In this document: in pieces, positions 1-9,535 of the stretch
Position numbering within the stretch: position 1 is the stretch's first letter
Layout of the letters: each line of letters starts with the position of its first letter
NCBI GenBank assembly: GCA_965140415.1
Contig: OZ223209.1
Location: 1,152,001-1,216,000, forward strand
DNA length: 64,000 nucleotides
DNA from: Myxococcota bacterium
GTDB lineage: Bacteria > Myxococcota_A > SURF-8
Reading direction: 5' to 3'
Notes under the pieces: generated by a model
What the model saw: the letters and a program-made list of their open reading frames with translations, nothing else
What the model was told of the DNA's origin: nothing
Databases searched by the model: none
Program-made: the position numbers and the translations under genes

Positions 1-500
1 TGCATCAGAAAGACGCCGTGCTCGTTCGCCAGCAGGAAGGCGGGAGTTTCCATGTGGCTCGGTCGCGGTCGGAAGGGAATCCGAAAGATGGCATCGGCGC
101 GCAGCTTGCTTTCCAACACGGGATCCAGCGCCTCGGCCTCAAGCGTGTACACCTTTGTCACGACTTGATCGAGAATGTCCTCCTGGCTGGCGACCTCTTC
201 GGCTGCCTGTGGGCGGTCTATCGTGGCGGGCAGCGTCGGCAACGGTTTTCCTTCCGCATCCACGGCGACCAGATCATCACGATTGATCGCGTCTCCATCA
301 TCATTAATATAGAGCGCCGCCGTGCAGCCGGCGCTTAAAAGAAAACGCCCATCCCGCGTGAGATGGGCACTGGCGCATTCGTCGCCGTTTTCATCCAGTG
401 CAATCCGGCGCTTGAAGCCGTTCAGGCGTTTGCGGTCGATGGGGACGAGGACGAAGCGGGAGACGCGCTCCTCATAGTTGATCTCGATGCTTTGGGTCAT
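1..500 (-). CDS. Hypothetical protein, runs off the window start (MTQSIEINYEERVSRFVLVPIDRKRLNGFKRRIALDENG...)
   Basis: Translated by hand: ATG at 500-498, preceded by GGAGGAG. The frame stays open to position 1 and is co-directional with the neighbouring small genes. It is absent from the ORF track because no stop falls inside the window. Confidence 0.7.
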   Translation of the reverse strand, partial: MTQSIEINYEERVSRFVLVPIDRKRLNGFKRRIALDENGDECASAHLTRDGRFLLSAGCTAALYINDDGDAINRDDLVAVDAEGKPLPTLPATIDRPQAAEEVASQEDILDQVVTKVYTLEAEALDPVLESKLRADAIFRIPFRPRPSHMETPAFLLANEHGVFLM

Positions 501-502
501 GA

Positions 503-727
503 CTACTCCTCCCCGTCCGATTCCACAGCGTGAGGTTCCACGATCGCGAACACATCCATGCCAGGCACCAGAGAAAGCGAGCGACCGCTATCCCACTTTA
601 CAATAATCTGGGCGAGCGGCCCCTCGGTGACCTCGATGACCACTCCCTCGGATCCCGGCGGTATCGGATCGGGATCGTCAGGCATTTCGATCAGGCGAAT
701 CCGATCTCCCTTGCGTACCGTCGTCAT
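503..727 (-). CDS. DUF4314-domain protein
   Basis: Pattern GDRIRLIEMPDDPDPIPPGSEGVV...QIIVKWDSGRSLSLVPGMD is typical of DUF4314 in mobile elements. Confidence 0.8.
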   Translation of the reverse strand: MTTVRKGDRIRLIEMPDDPDPIPPGSEGVVIEVTEGPLAQIIVKWDSGRSLSLVPGMDVFAIVEPHAVESDGEE

Positions 728-730
728 GGC

Positions 731-1291
731 TTATTCCTCCACTTTGTCAAAGTGGAAGCTGGCGATGGTTTCGCCTTCCACTGCAGGCTTTTGGTCGTCC
801 TCGAAGCCGGTCCATGCCTTCTGCTCTTCGGACGCATCGGTTTGCGTGGCCTTTGCCTTTCGGCTCCGTTTGGGCTTGTCGACTTTCTCACTCTTTGCTT
901 TCCCCTCGACTTTGGTCGGGACAGGCTTGGTTTTCGGCTCCAGGTATTTCTTCTCCGTGGCGGGAAGTGGCAGTCGATCCGACATTCCCTGCTCCTTCCA
1001 CCAGACCAGCGCCGAACGCACAATGCGCCGGATCTGCAGCACGCTGGCCTCGGCGCGGGGTTTCATACCATCCTTACCCGCCTGCATGGTGGCCGCCTCG
1101 CTTTTGAAAAACTTGTCCACATGCAGCGGCAGGATTTTAGCAACATCCTTGTCCTCGCCCATCTCGGTGACGAGCAGATCGAGCGTGCGCTTGGCCGTGC
1201 CGATGGTGGACGGCTTTTTACCGATGCTTTTCAGATGATCCAGATACTTTTCGCAGGCTTCCTTCAGGTTCATGTTCGTTTTCTTCGTCAT
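731..1291 (-). CDS. Stand-alone integrase core-binding (SAM-like) domain protein with a Lys-rich tail
   Basis: LKEACEKYLDHLKSIGKKPSTI...VLQIRRIVRSALVWW resembles the N-terminal helical domain of tyrosine recombinases. No catalytic R-H-R-Y domain follows. Confidence 0.55.
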   Translation of the reverse strand: MTKKTNMNLKEACEKYLDHLKSIGKKPSTIGTAKRTLDLLVTEMGEDKDVAKILPLHVDKFFKSEAATMQAGKDGMKPRAEASVLQIRRIVRSALVWWKEQGMSDRLPLPATEKKYLEPKTKPVPTKVEGKAKSEKVDKPKRSRKAKATQTDASEEQKAWTGFEDDQKPAVEGETIASFHFDKVEE

Positions 1292-1297
1292 TATGGT

Positions 1298-1489
1298 TCA
1301 GTCCTCCTGTTTGGGGTTGAGTGCGCGCCGCAGCTTGGCGGCGGTCTTGATGCGGACCTCGCGGCCCGTAGTGGTATTGACGCCGGTCCAGCCACCGTTG
1401 AAGTGCTCGTCCTTCAGGCGAACCGGAACCAGCTTGCCGGATACTTTGACCAGATAGGTCTTGCCGAGTGTCACGTCTTTCTTCTTCAT
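1298..1489 (-). CDS. Small basic phage-type hypothetical protein
   Basis: 63 aa, GGAGG RBS, tightly packed in the leftward operon. Confidence 0.7.
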   Translation of the reverse strand: MKKKDVTLGKTYLVKVSGKLVPVRLKDEHFNGGWTGVNTTTGREVRIKTAAKLRRALNPKQED

Positions 1490-1498
1490 GCTCGCCTC

Positions 1499-1717
1499 CT
1501 ATTTTTCGTCTGTTTTCAGAATCGCGCGGGCTCTGGCTTCCGCTTTGATGAAACGGCGGTGGGCTTTCTCCTCCACGCGCCGGGCCTTCTCGAATTCCTC
1601 TTTCGCCAGCTCCGTCTCGACACCTGCCAGCGCCAGTTCCCGCTCGGCTTCGCCCACTTCACGCAAGATGGCCTCGCGTTCGCTTTCGTGCTTCCTGTCG
1701 TTTTCCGTGTTCGTCAT
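1499..1717 (-). CDS. Small coiled-coil hypothetical protein
   Basis: 72 aa, rich in E/A/R/K, GAAGGAG RBS. Confidence 0.65.
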   Translation of the reverse strand: MTNTENDRKHESEREAILREVGEAERELALAGVETELAKEEFEKARRVEEKAHRRFIKAEARARAILKTDEK

Positions 1718-1732
1718 GCTCGATACTCCTTC

Positions 1733-1894
1733 TCAGTCTTCGTTGTCGGGGATGGTGACGAAGCGTCCGATGTTTTCGGCCCAGTGCATGGTGATGCCGT
1801 ACTTGTTGACGTAGGTGTCGCCGTGGATGTCGTGCAGAGCTTGCAGATGCAGGCTGCTCATTTCACCGAGCGCCATGTAGCGGGCAAATGCCAT
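1733..1894 (-). CDS. Small hypothetical protein (53 aa, MAFARYMALGEMSSLH...)
   Basis: Translated by hand. The stop lies immediately before the RBS of the next gene. Shorter than any ORF in the track. Confidence 0.45.
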   Translation of the reverse strand: MAFARYMALGEMSSLHLQALHDIHGDTYVNKYGITMHWAENIGRFVTIPDNED

Positions 1895-2018
1895 TTTTTC
1901 AAACGGACGGACCGTGTCGCCGCATGGATGTACAGGGGAAACCGCCGGCGCGCCCGTTTCGAAGATTCCCTGACTATTGAGGGATGAAAGGCTTCTTTAC
2001 TCCGATGGAGACAAGCAA

Positions 2019-2375
2019 ATGAACTCTCCCGTTCGTAAAACAGAAACCAACTTGCCAGAGTTCTCCGAAGCCCGGCAACGGCTGCTCACTCTGTGCTGCG
2101 AGATCCATTTCGGTCGCATCGGAGCATTCGATATCCGGGACGGCGAGCCGGTTTTCGAACCCGCGCCAAACGTCATGCGCGAGATCAAGTTCAATGGGGA
2201 GCATGCAAATCCGGCCAAACGCAACGGTGAGATTACGTTGCGCAACCAGAGCACAGAGCTTTTCGCCTGGTTCGACCGTCTGCGAAACGCGCATGTCCAT
2301 TATCTGGAGGTCAAGCACGGTCTTCCCTTCAAAATGAACGTGCGACACGATCCCGATCAACCCAAACAACGCTAA
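2019..2375 (+). CDS. Hypothetical protein of integrative elements
   Basis: GGAG RBS before ATG 2019. Two internally similar halves (FDIRDGEP / LEVKHGLP). First gene of the rightward replication unit. Confidence 0.65.
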   Translation: MNSPVRKTETNLPEFSEARQRLLTLCCEIHFGRIGAFDIRDGEPVFEPAPNVMREIKFNGEHANPAKRNGEITLRNQSTELFAWFDRLRNAHVHYLEVKHGLPFKMNVRHDPDQPKQR

Positions 2376-2523
2376 ACCGCCTGTACAGGCTCACCCCTAA
2401 GGAGAAGCCGTTGCCCGAGCACCAAGTCAGAAACATCAAGTATGAACGGATTGAGCACCGTTGTTTGCGTTGCCGCCTTGTGGATGGCGCGCCACGTACG
2501 TCCACTATCCGGTGGGGCTCGCC

Positions 2524-5500
2524 ATGAAGGCTGAGTCCCAGGCCATCCCGAAGCGCTTCGAGGGCATCGTCCGCGCCTTTTTGCAGGTTTTTTTCCGCGG
2601 CCGGGCGGATGTCTTCGCCTATCTCTATAATGGTGGGAACGGAAAAAACTACTATCAGTTTCAGTGCTCGAATCTCTTCGATCCCTCCTTCTGCGGCAAA
2701 TCGCGGAAATTCAATGGGAGAAAAGTCCCCTGTGCCGAATGTAAAAGTCGTGAATTTCGCCCGATAAATCAGAAGGACGTATATCTGCACCTGCGCGGTG
2801 AGAAACCTATCGGCTGCTATCCGCTGGTCCCTCAAGTGGAACAGGACGGAAGCGTAATCAAAAACGCCGCCTTTCTGGCCGCACTCGACATCGACGACCA
2901 TGAAAACGGCCGGCCCATCCCCGGCAAGGATGCCCGGAGGGACATGCTGAAGCTGCATGAAACGCTTCGGCAGGCGGCCATTCCTCATCTAGTGGAGCGC
3001 TCCAAGAGCGCGACCGGCTTCCACATCTGGATCATCCTGGACAAGGCCCTGCGCGCCTCGCTGCTGAGAGCCGTGATCCTGACGGTGGTACGAAAGTCAG
3101 GCATCGTGGACAAGGGCTATCCCACCAGTTTCGACCGCATGTTTCCGGCCCAGGATGAATTGAAGGACGACCAGGATCTGGGCAACCTGATCTTGACGCC
3201 CTTGTGCAACCGCTACATGCCGAAAGGTGGCGCGCTCTTTCTGGACCCGGCCAACCATTTCGAACCTTATCCCATACCTGAGCAGAAAGGGTTGCTCCTG
3301 GACCTGGCCGGACAGTTGGGAAACGGCGGCGGCCCGCTGGTCTGCCCGGTGTCGCGCATCGAGGAGCTGGCAGGGGAATGGAAGATCGATGAAACGAAGC
3401 GGAAGCGTTTGCGGACGAAGAGCGCGCCGATGAAACTTCCGGCCACCGCCTCCGAAAGGGAAACCCTCAAACCTTATGGGGCAGAGACCTGCCTGGTGCA
3501 TTGCGCGTTTCTGCAGCACTGCCGCGATGCCAGCGCCTCCCTTTCCGAGCCGCGCTGGATGGCCATGATCAGCAATCTGTGCCGCTTTGCCGACGGTCCG
3601 GCGCTGATTCACGAGCTGTCCAAAGGCTATCCGGCCTACAGCCCGGCGGAGACGGACGCCAAGATTGCTCATCTTTCAACATCCTCTGGTCCGGTCACCT
3701 GTGAGGTTATTCAGAGCGAGGGCTTTGACGACTGTCCGGAGGGCGGCTGCGGGGTGAAAGCCCCGGCGGTGCTGGCGATCACCTATCGGACCGAACGCAT
3801 CGACCGGCTCGTCGAGCAGTTGACACTGGCGGACGGCGGCGCGCCGTCGGAGGAAACCATTGAGCTGCTGCTGCTCGAACTGAGCGCGCTCGGCAAGGAG
3901 GATCTCCCCAAATACAAGAAGCTGACCCTGGAGAAACTGCCCACCTTGAAGCTCGGCGACCTCGACAAGACGCTGGCCGCCCTGCGCAAGCGGCGCAAGG
4001 ACCAGACGGAGGCGCTGCCGGGCTACCGCATCGAGGACAACGGCTATTTTAAACGGCATGTCGATGAGGAGGGCAACGAGCACTGGACCCGCTTCACCAA
4101 CTTCGTCATCAACCTGGAAACCGACAAGCAGTACCTCGACGAAGTGGAAAGCCATCGCCGCATCGAAGGGCATATCCTGACGGAGGATAATACACGCTGT
4201 CCCTTCCACATCTCCGGCCGGGATTTCAACAACAACCCGCGTTTCGCCGAGGCCATCGGCGAGCAGGGAGGCGTGAGCTGTCGTTTCTGGAACAAGGAGC
4301 TTGGCGATGTCCGCCGGGCAACTCAGGAATTGAGCCGGCCCGTTTCCATTACGGCCTATACGCGCATCGGTTTTCTGATCGATGGTGAGGATCGATTTTT
4401 TACGCCATCCGTTGTCATCTCGTCGGCGGGCATCGCCCAAAACACGGAGACGGTGATCGACCTCTCCGAGGTTGAGCACGCCCGGCATCTGGATTTTTCG
4501 ATTCTGGACGAGGCGACCTTCCAGGCCACCTGCCGCCACATCGTGGACGACCTCCTGGACTTGACCGACCATTTCGTGACCTATCCGCTGGCGGGTCACA
4601 CCTTCATTTCTCCGTTCCTCTCGCGACTGGACACCTCGCCGCTGTCGTCCGGCGAGCGCTGCATCCTGTGGATCACGGGAATCACCGGATCGAGCAAGAG
4701 CTTCGCCGCTCTGCGTTTCGCCAACTTCTTCGGCTCTTTCCACGTCGGTAAGAGCGTGAATTCCTGGACCAGCACGCCCTATCAGATCCAACGGGTCGGG
4801 CATCATCACGCCGACGCCCTGTTTCTGGTCGATGATTTCAAGGCGAAAAACCTCTCCGGCCGCACGGAGCAGGTGACGCAGATCCTCCAGGCCTACGCCG
4901 ACGGACGCGGTCGCGGCCGACTGAACAGCGACGCCTCGGTCAAGGCGACCTATGTCATCCGAGGCAACCTGCTGGTGACCGGCGAGGATCTGCCGGATTA
5001 CGAGTCGTCGAATCTGGCGCGCATGATCGTGGTCCACACCAGCAGCCGGGAGAAGGACACGCGCCGGGGCCGCGCCTGCCTCAAGCATCAGGTGAACTAC
5101 CGGGGCGTGACCCCGGCCTTTTTGCATTTCGTCATCTCCAGGTCCGGCTGGTTCGACGATCTCATCGCCCGCATCGATGCGGCCACCGATCACTTCCACC
5201 GCGACATTGAAGAGGCCTCCAACGGCCTGCGCATCGCCCGTAACTACGCCCTGAACCAGGTCGGTTTCGATCTCTTCGTCGAGTTTTTGTGTGCCACGGG
5301 AACGATCAGCGAGACGAAGCGGGATGCCATGATGGCCGAGCATGGGGAGATTCTTCTCGCCTCGCTGGACGAACATGTTCAGCGGGTAAGCGACGAGCAG
5401 GCGGACAACGTCTTTTTAAGCGTCCTGGCTGATCTGCTGCAAAGCGGGCGGGCGGTGTTGCACGAGCCGGGACACACGGTAGGCGGCGGATTCTCCGAGC

Positions 5501-5811
5501 GGGAAGCGAGACCCGAGGATCTTCGAAACGTCATTGGCTTTCTGAAACCTGGCGACGGACATGCCTATGTCTATCCCAAGCTGGCGGTGGGCGAGGTGCA
5601 GAAATCGCTGCGGGACACGGGCGGCTGGCTCGGCTTTTCGGTGAAAGCCATCGGCAAGCAGCTGGCGGCCGAGGACTACCTGGCTAATTCGGATGAACAG
5701 AGGACGACGACGACGGTTCGTCATATGGGAAAGATCCATCGAATCTGGAAAATCAGCAAACATCATCTGGGTCTCGAAGATCGGGGGGACGACGATGAAA
5801 TCCCATTTTAA
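2524..5811 (+). CDS. AEP-family (TOTE-type) primase fused to a PriL-like Fe-S domain and a C-terminal P-loop helicase
   Basis: N-terminus FRGRADVFA...HLRGEKPIGCYPL...LDIDDH...ERSKSATGFHIW (AEP motifs I and II). Cys cluster CAFLQHC...PVTCEVI...CPEGGC. Walker A-like GITGSSKS and Walker B FLVDDF. Start ATG 2524 preferred over TTG 2461. Confidence 0.85.
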   Translation: MKAESQAIPKRFEGIVRAFLQVFFRGRADVFAYLYNGGNGKNYYQFQCSNLFDPSFCGKSRKFNGRKVPCAECKSREFRPINQKDVYLHLRGEKPIGCYPLVPQVEQDGSVIKNAAFLAALDIDDHENGRPIPGKDARRDMLKLHETLRQAAIPHLVERSKSATGFHIWIILDKALRASLLRAVILTVVRKSGIVDKGYPTSFDRMFPAQDELKDDQDLGNLILTPLCNRYMPKGGALFLDPANHFEPYPIPEQKGLLLDLAGQLGNGGGPLVCPVSRIEELAGEWKIDETKRKRLRTKSAPMKLPATASERETLKPYGAETCLVHCAFLQHCRDASASLSEPRWMAMISNLCRFADGPALIHELSKGYPAYSPAETDAKIAHLSTSSGPVTCEVIQSEGFDDCPEGGCGVKAPAVLAITYRTERIDRLVEQLTLADGGAPSEETIELLLLELSALGKEDLPKYKKLTLEKLPTLKLGDLDKTLAALRKRRKDQTEALPGYRIEDNGYFKRHVDEEGNEHWTRFTNFVINLETDKQYLDEVESHRRIEGHILTEDNTRCPFHISGRDFNNNPRFAEAIGEQGGVSCRFWNKELGDVRRATQELSRPVSITAYTRIGFLIDGEDRFFTPSVVISSAGIAQNTETVIDLSEVEHARHLDFSILDEATFQATCRHIVDDLLDLTDHFVTYPLAGHTFISPFLSRLDTSPLSSGERCILWITGITGSSKSFAALRFANFFGSFHVGKSVNSWTSTPYQIQRVGHHHADALFLVDDFKAKNLSGRTEQVTQILQAYADGRGRGRLNSDASVKATYVIRGNLLVTGEDLPDYESSNLARMIVVHTSSREKDTRRGRACLKHQVNYRGVTPAFLHFVISRSGWFDDLIARIDAATDHFHRDIEEASNGLRIARNYALNQVGFDLFVEFLCATGTISETKRDAMMAEHGEILLASLDEHVQRVSDEQADNVFLSVLADLLQSGRAVLHEPGHTVGGGFSEREARPEDLRNVIGFLKPGDGHAYVYPKLAVGEVQKSLRDTGGWLGFSVKAIGKQLAAEDYLANSDEQRTTTTVRHMGKIHRIWKISKHHLGLEDRGDDDEIPF

Positions 5812-5839
5812 TGATCATTCCTTAAGCCTTTGCATTCGT

Positions 5840-5980
5840 ATTACCGCGCCGTCACCGCTTCCGTCACCGGTTTTTGGAGGATTTATGTCGTTGAAAATAA
5901 TGGATATTATGAGGTTGTTCGAGATTCCGTGTCACCACTCACCGGTTACATGCGGTTACATCGGTGACGTTTGCGGTGAC
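5840..5980. repeat. Iteron-like hexamer array (putative replication origin)
   Basis: GTCACC at 5851, 5863 and 5931, with variants near 5840 and 5938. Inverted copies GGTTAC/GGTGAC at 5944, 5954, 5963 and 5975. AT-rich stretch at about 5871-5910. Confidence 0.65.
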
Positions 5981-6087
5981 AGCCCATCCTGGATCAGGGC
6001 GACGGCTCCTCCGCCGCTGGCAAAATCACGGCGCATTCAGGATCACGCCTGGCCCTGCACCCAACTATCCGAAACGAGGAGAAAGCC

Positions 6088-6957
6088 ATGAGCAAAACCG
6101 AAAAAACGTCCCGTTCCCCCGGCATAAACCCCCACGCCCGGCCCTGCGCGGCGACGAGCAAAAAGACGGGCAAGCCCTGCGCCAACCCCGCAGTTGCGGG
6201 AAGCGATTTCTGCCGCATGCACGGCGGCAAGGGGTTGGAAGTTGCGGAAGCGACCTCTGAAACGAACGCCAAAGCGCAGAAAACCGACCAAGCCAACTCA
6301 TCTCACAGACGCGGCGCACGCCCAGGCAACAAAAACGCAGTCACCCACGGGGCCTATGCGTTGACGCTGCTGCCCGAGGAGCAGGCGATCTATGAGCAAA
6401 AACAGGCGCAGTTTCTCGCCGAAATCGGCGCGGCGGACGTTTTTGATCGCCAAGTTATTCACGTGCTGTCCCTCATCGCAGCCAAACTGGATCTGGCGGC
6501 GGCCAAAGGTGCGCCCGCCGAGGCTTTGATTCCGATCTCCAACGAGATCCTTAAACTCTTGCGCTCACTGAAGGAAACGCGCGATTCACGCGACGTGCGA
6601 GAGGAAAACCTGCCCAGAACCGCAGCCGATTTCCTGAACGAATTGATCGAGCGGGATCGCGAGCGAGGCGTGACGGTGAGTGAGGAGGCCTTGCTGACCC
6701 GCGTTTATGAACTGGAACGCGAAATCAACGATTTGCGCACCCGGTTGAACATGGAGCCTCGCCCGGACATCGCCCACCGGATGGACACGTGCTCGCATTG
6801 CCGGCGTGAAACGGAACAGCGCCTTAAGGCGAACAGCCTGTGGGTCTGCCTGCGCTGCGGCTGGGCGATGGAGGAGCGGAAGGCGGACATCGAAACGCAC
6901 ACCGTCGAGGAATCCGCCATTCCCCAAACATCGGTATCTGAGTTGAACGGAGATTGA
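6088..6957 (+). CDS. Terminase small subunit-like protein (HGGxSTG-type Zn motif, C-terminal Zn ribbon)
   Basis: CAATSKKTGKPC...CRMHGG, RGARPGNKNAVTHGAY and CSHC...CLRC. Overlaps the TerL start. Confidence 0.7.
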   Translation: MSKTEKTSRSPGINPHARPCAATSKKTGKPCANPAVAGSDFCRMHGGKGLEVAEATSETNAKAQKTDQANSSHRRGARPGNKNAVTHGAYALTLLPEEQAIYEQKQAQFLAEIGAADVFDRQVIHVLSLIAAKLDLAAAKGAPAEALIPISNEILKLLRSLKETRDSRDVREENLPRTAADFLNELIERDRERGVTVSEEALLTRVYELEREINDLRTRLNMEPRPDIAHRMDTCSHCRRETEQRLKANSLWVCLRCGWAMEERKADIETHTVEESAIPQTSVSELNGD

Positions 6958-8537
6958 TCATGGAAACCTTGTCGCAAACGCCAAACGCCGATAACGGGAT
7001 GCTTTTCGAAAACGAAGCTCCGATGAGCCGTCTGCCCCACCTGATCCGGCACAGCCCCGCTGCCTGGGGCGCGCTGTTTCTGAAAGATCGGGACAGCGGC
7101 CCGCGCCGCTATCGCTGGTACCAGCGGGAGGACCTGGAGTGCCAGGCAACGCGTGTGATTCACCTCGATGGCCGCGCCGTGGGAAAGACGATCAATCTGA
7201 GCACGTATCTCCTGTGGTTTGCGTCGGTCAATAAAGGGAAGTCCGTGCTGGTCGGCGCGCCGTATCAGGGGCATCTCGATACGATCATCGAGGAGGTGGA
7301 ATTCCAAATCCACCATGTGGAGGCGCTGAAGAACAGCCTCTCCGCCGATTCCAAACAGCCGGGAATCAGGCGCAAGCCGTATTTTCAACTGCGGTTCACC
7401 AACGGCTGCATGGTCTATTTCCGTCCCGCCGGGACGGACGGCGACGCTTTCCGCTCGCTGCACGTTGATCTGATCCTGCTCGATGAAGCCGCCTGGCTGC
7501 CGGAACTCGCCTGGACCACCGTTTTTCAGTACCTTAACCCCGGCGGAACGCTGCGGGTTTATTCGACGCCGAACGGCCTCCGAAACCGCACGTTTTACAA
7601 ACTGACCCAGAGCAAAAACTGGACGCTGTTTCACTGGCCAAGCTGGATCGTCCCCGACTGGAACGACGAGCGTAGAAAAGAATTGCTCGATTTTTACGGC
7701 GGCGAGCACTCATCCGGCTGGCTGCACGAGGCGGCAGGCGAGCACGGCATGCCATCGTATGGCGTGTTCAATCCCGCCCAGGTCATGCAGGCGCTGACCG
7801 ATGGGCTGGATTATCAGCTCGTGCGCCTGGACGGCGATCTGTTTGCCGATTGCGCGGATGAAGCCGAAACGCGTACACGGATGGAGCTGCTGGCCGGTCT
7901 GGACGGCGGCCAGGGGACTTACTGGTTGGGTGTAGATACCGGCTACGCCTCCGATCCAAGCGAACTGCTGCTCTTCGAGGAGGACGAAAACGAAGTACTG
8001 ACGCTCGTGGTGCGCATTCACGCCGAGCATCTGCCGTACCCCCTGCTTAGCGAACTGATCCATCTTTTGGACCAATTGTATTCCCCCGCCGGGATCGGTC
8101 TGGATCGCGGCGGCAACGGCACCGCCGTCGAGCACGAACTCCTGCGCCTGGACAAGTACCGCACGGCAGGTTTTGCCGGAAAGTTAGTCGGCGTCGATTT
8201 CGGCGGCTCGACGATGGTGGGCGAAGACAAAGACGGCCAGCCTGTGAAGAAGCGGACCAAGGAGCACATGACGGCGCTGATCAACCGGGCGCTCAACGCC
8301 CGCAAGCTGCGTCTGCCGAAGGAGGACCGCGAGATCGAGGATCAGCTGTGCACCCATACCTACATCCGCTCCGAGCGCGGCATCGTCTATTCGAAGGGCA
8401 ACGACCACATTATCGACGCCTTGCGCTGTGCGCTGTACGCCCGCGATCGGGAAACCGGGGAAGGGTATGATCCGGTGTTTATCACCCCGGAATGGCCGGG
8501 ATTTTACCCCGTTACCCTGCCCTGGGACCGCAACTGA
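6954..8537 (+). CDS. terL: Terminase large subunit
   Basis: Walker A GRAVGKT, Walker B ILLDEAA, coupling motif STPNG, nuclease motifs LGVDTG, GLDRGG and NDHIIDALR. Confidence 0.9.
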   Translation: MIMETLSQTPNADNGMLFENEAPMSRLPHLIRHSPAAWGALFLKDRDSGPRRYRWYQREDLECQATRVIHLDGRAVGKTINLSTYLLWFASVNKGKSVLVGAPYQGHLDTIIEEVEFQIHHVEALKNSLSADSKQPGIRRKPYFQLRFTNGCMVYFRPAGTDGDAFRSLHVDLILLDEAAWLPELAWTTVFQYLNPGGTLRVYSTPNGLRNRTFYKLTQSKNWTLFHWPSWIVPDWNDERRKELLDFYGGEHSSGWLHEAAGEHGMPSYGVFNPAQVMQALTDGLDYQLVRLDGDLFADCADEAETRTRMELLAGLDGGQGTYWLGVDTGYASDPSELLLFEEDENEVLTLVVRIHAEHLPYPLLSELIHLLDQLYSPAGIGLDRGGNGTAVEHELLRLDKYRTAGFAGKLVGVDFGGSTMVGEDKDGQPVKKRTKEHMTALINRALNARKLRLPKEDREIEDQLCTHTYIRSERGIVYSKGNDHIIDALRCALYARDRETGEGYDPVFITPEWPGFYPVTLPWDRN

Positions 8538-8597
8538 AAAATGTATGAACGACTGTCGGCGTTCGACGTCATTCACGTTAACAAAGGAGGAACGACA

Positions 8598-9203
8598 ATG
8601 CCCTGTTATTACGAATTCATGGTGGAGCGTTTGGATTTTCGGCCAATCACCTGGCAACGCTTTCTGTTTCGCGCGAATTTGACCTTCGAAGACTTGCATC
8701 AAGCCATCCAGGCGGCCGCCGGATGGAGCGACAGACACGCCTACCGATTCTGGTCGATTGAGGGAGATCTCATCACCCGAAAGGACCATCCCTCCCTGGA
8801 AGCATGGCACGCCGCCACTGGAGATCGGACACCCATCGGAGCGTATTTCTGTCTGGACGACTCCGTCAAATCCGACGATCCCGACAGATATCCGCCGCCG
8901 CCGCCAGATATCTGCGTATACGAATATCCGCCGGAAATCGGATTCTTCAAGGTCACCCTGCAACATCGGGTGCTGCTCGATGAGGTTTTCGAGCGCCGCC
9001 TGCTTGGCGGCGGGGGTATCTTTTCGCCGGAGATGGAAGATGTGGACGGCGACAACCATACCGTCTCTTTCGAAGAATGCACGGGGAAAACCGTGATGCA
9101 TACTTCAAACAGACACAGTGAAAGTGATAAGTCCGACCCTGTTCCCATGTGGGACTTGGCTTCCTTCAATCTTGACATGCGCAAGCTGGCGTTTGATCGA
9201 TGA
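8598..9203 (+). CDS. pRiA4b ORF-3 / IS1096 TnpR-like passenger protein
   Basis: PITWQRFLFRANLTFEDLHQAIQAAAGWSDRHAYRF matches the family pattern. GGAGG RBS before ATG 8598. Confidence 0.75.
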   Translation: MPCYYEFMVERLDFRPITWQRFLFRANLTFEDLHQAIQAAAGWSDRHAYRFWSIEGDLITRKDHPSLEAWHAATGDRTPIGAYFCLDDSVKSDDPDRYPPPPPDICVYEYPPEIGFFKVTLQHRVLLDEVFERRLLGGGGIFSPEMEDVDGDNHTVSFEECTGKTVMHTSNRHSESDKSDPVPMWDLASFNLDMRKLAFDR

Positions 9204-9276
9204 ACGTGCAGGGCGAGACATTTCAGAGATGGCTGGATTCCCATTTGAACACAGTCACGATTCTGGCGAGGCGTTC

Positions 9277-9534
9277 ATGAATCACTCCGTCTTATGCAAC
9301 GACAACCAGGTGAATCGCCGAACAATGGCCATTCAACCTTTCGGCCACGGTCCTTACTCTCCTTTTCCGGCTTGCTCCGAGATCGTCGATCTGCTCGCCA
9401 CCGCCTGCCTGCGTCATCGCAAGCGCGAGGCTGTAAAATGGGTGAAAGAAAAAACAGAGAAAACCCTTGATGATGTCGCCCAACGAGGGAAGCTCCGGAC
9501 GACGGAGAATCGAACTCCGGAGAAAGGAGCCTGA
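9277..9534 (+). CDS. Short hypothetical protein upstream of DUF2924
   Basis: Contains an EIVDLLATACLR helix and stops 1 nt before the DUF2924 start. Start codon uncertain. Confidence 0.35.
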   Translation: MNHSVLCNDNQVNRRTMAIQPFGHGPYSPFPACSEIVDLLATACLRHRKREAVKWVKEKTEKTLDDVAQRGKLRTTENRTPEKGA

Positions 9535-9535
9535 T

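Noticed and set aside
530-1987. 485-aa plus-strand ORF
   Set aside because: Antisense shadow of five minus-strand genes, several of which have clear RBSs or recognisable domains.
3676-5376. 566-aa minus-strand ORF
   Set aside because: Antisense shadow of the primase-helicase in GC-rich DNA, with no motifs.
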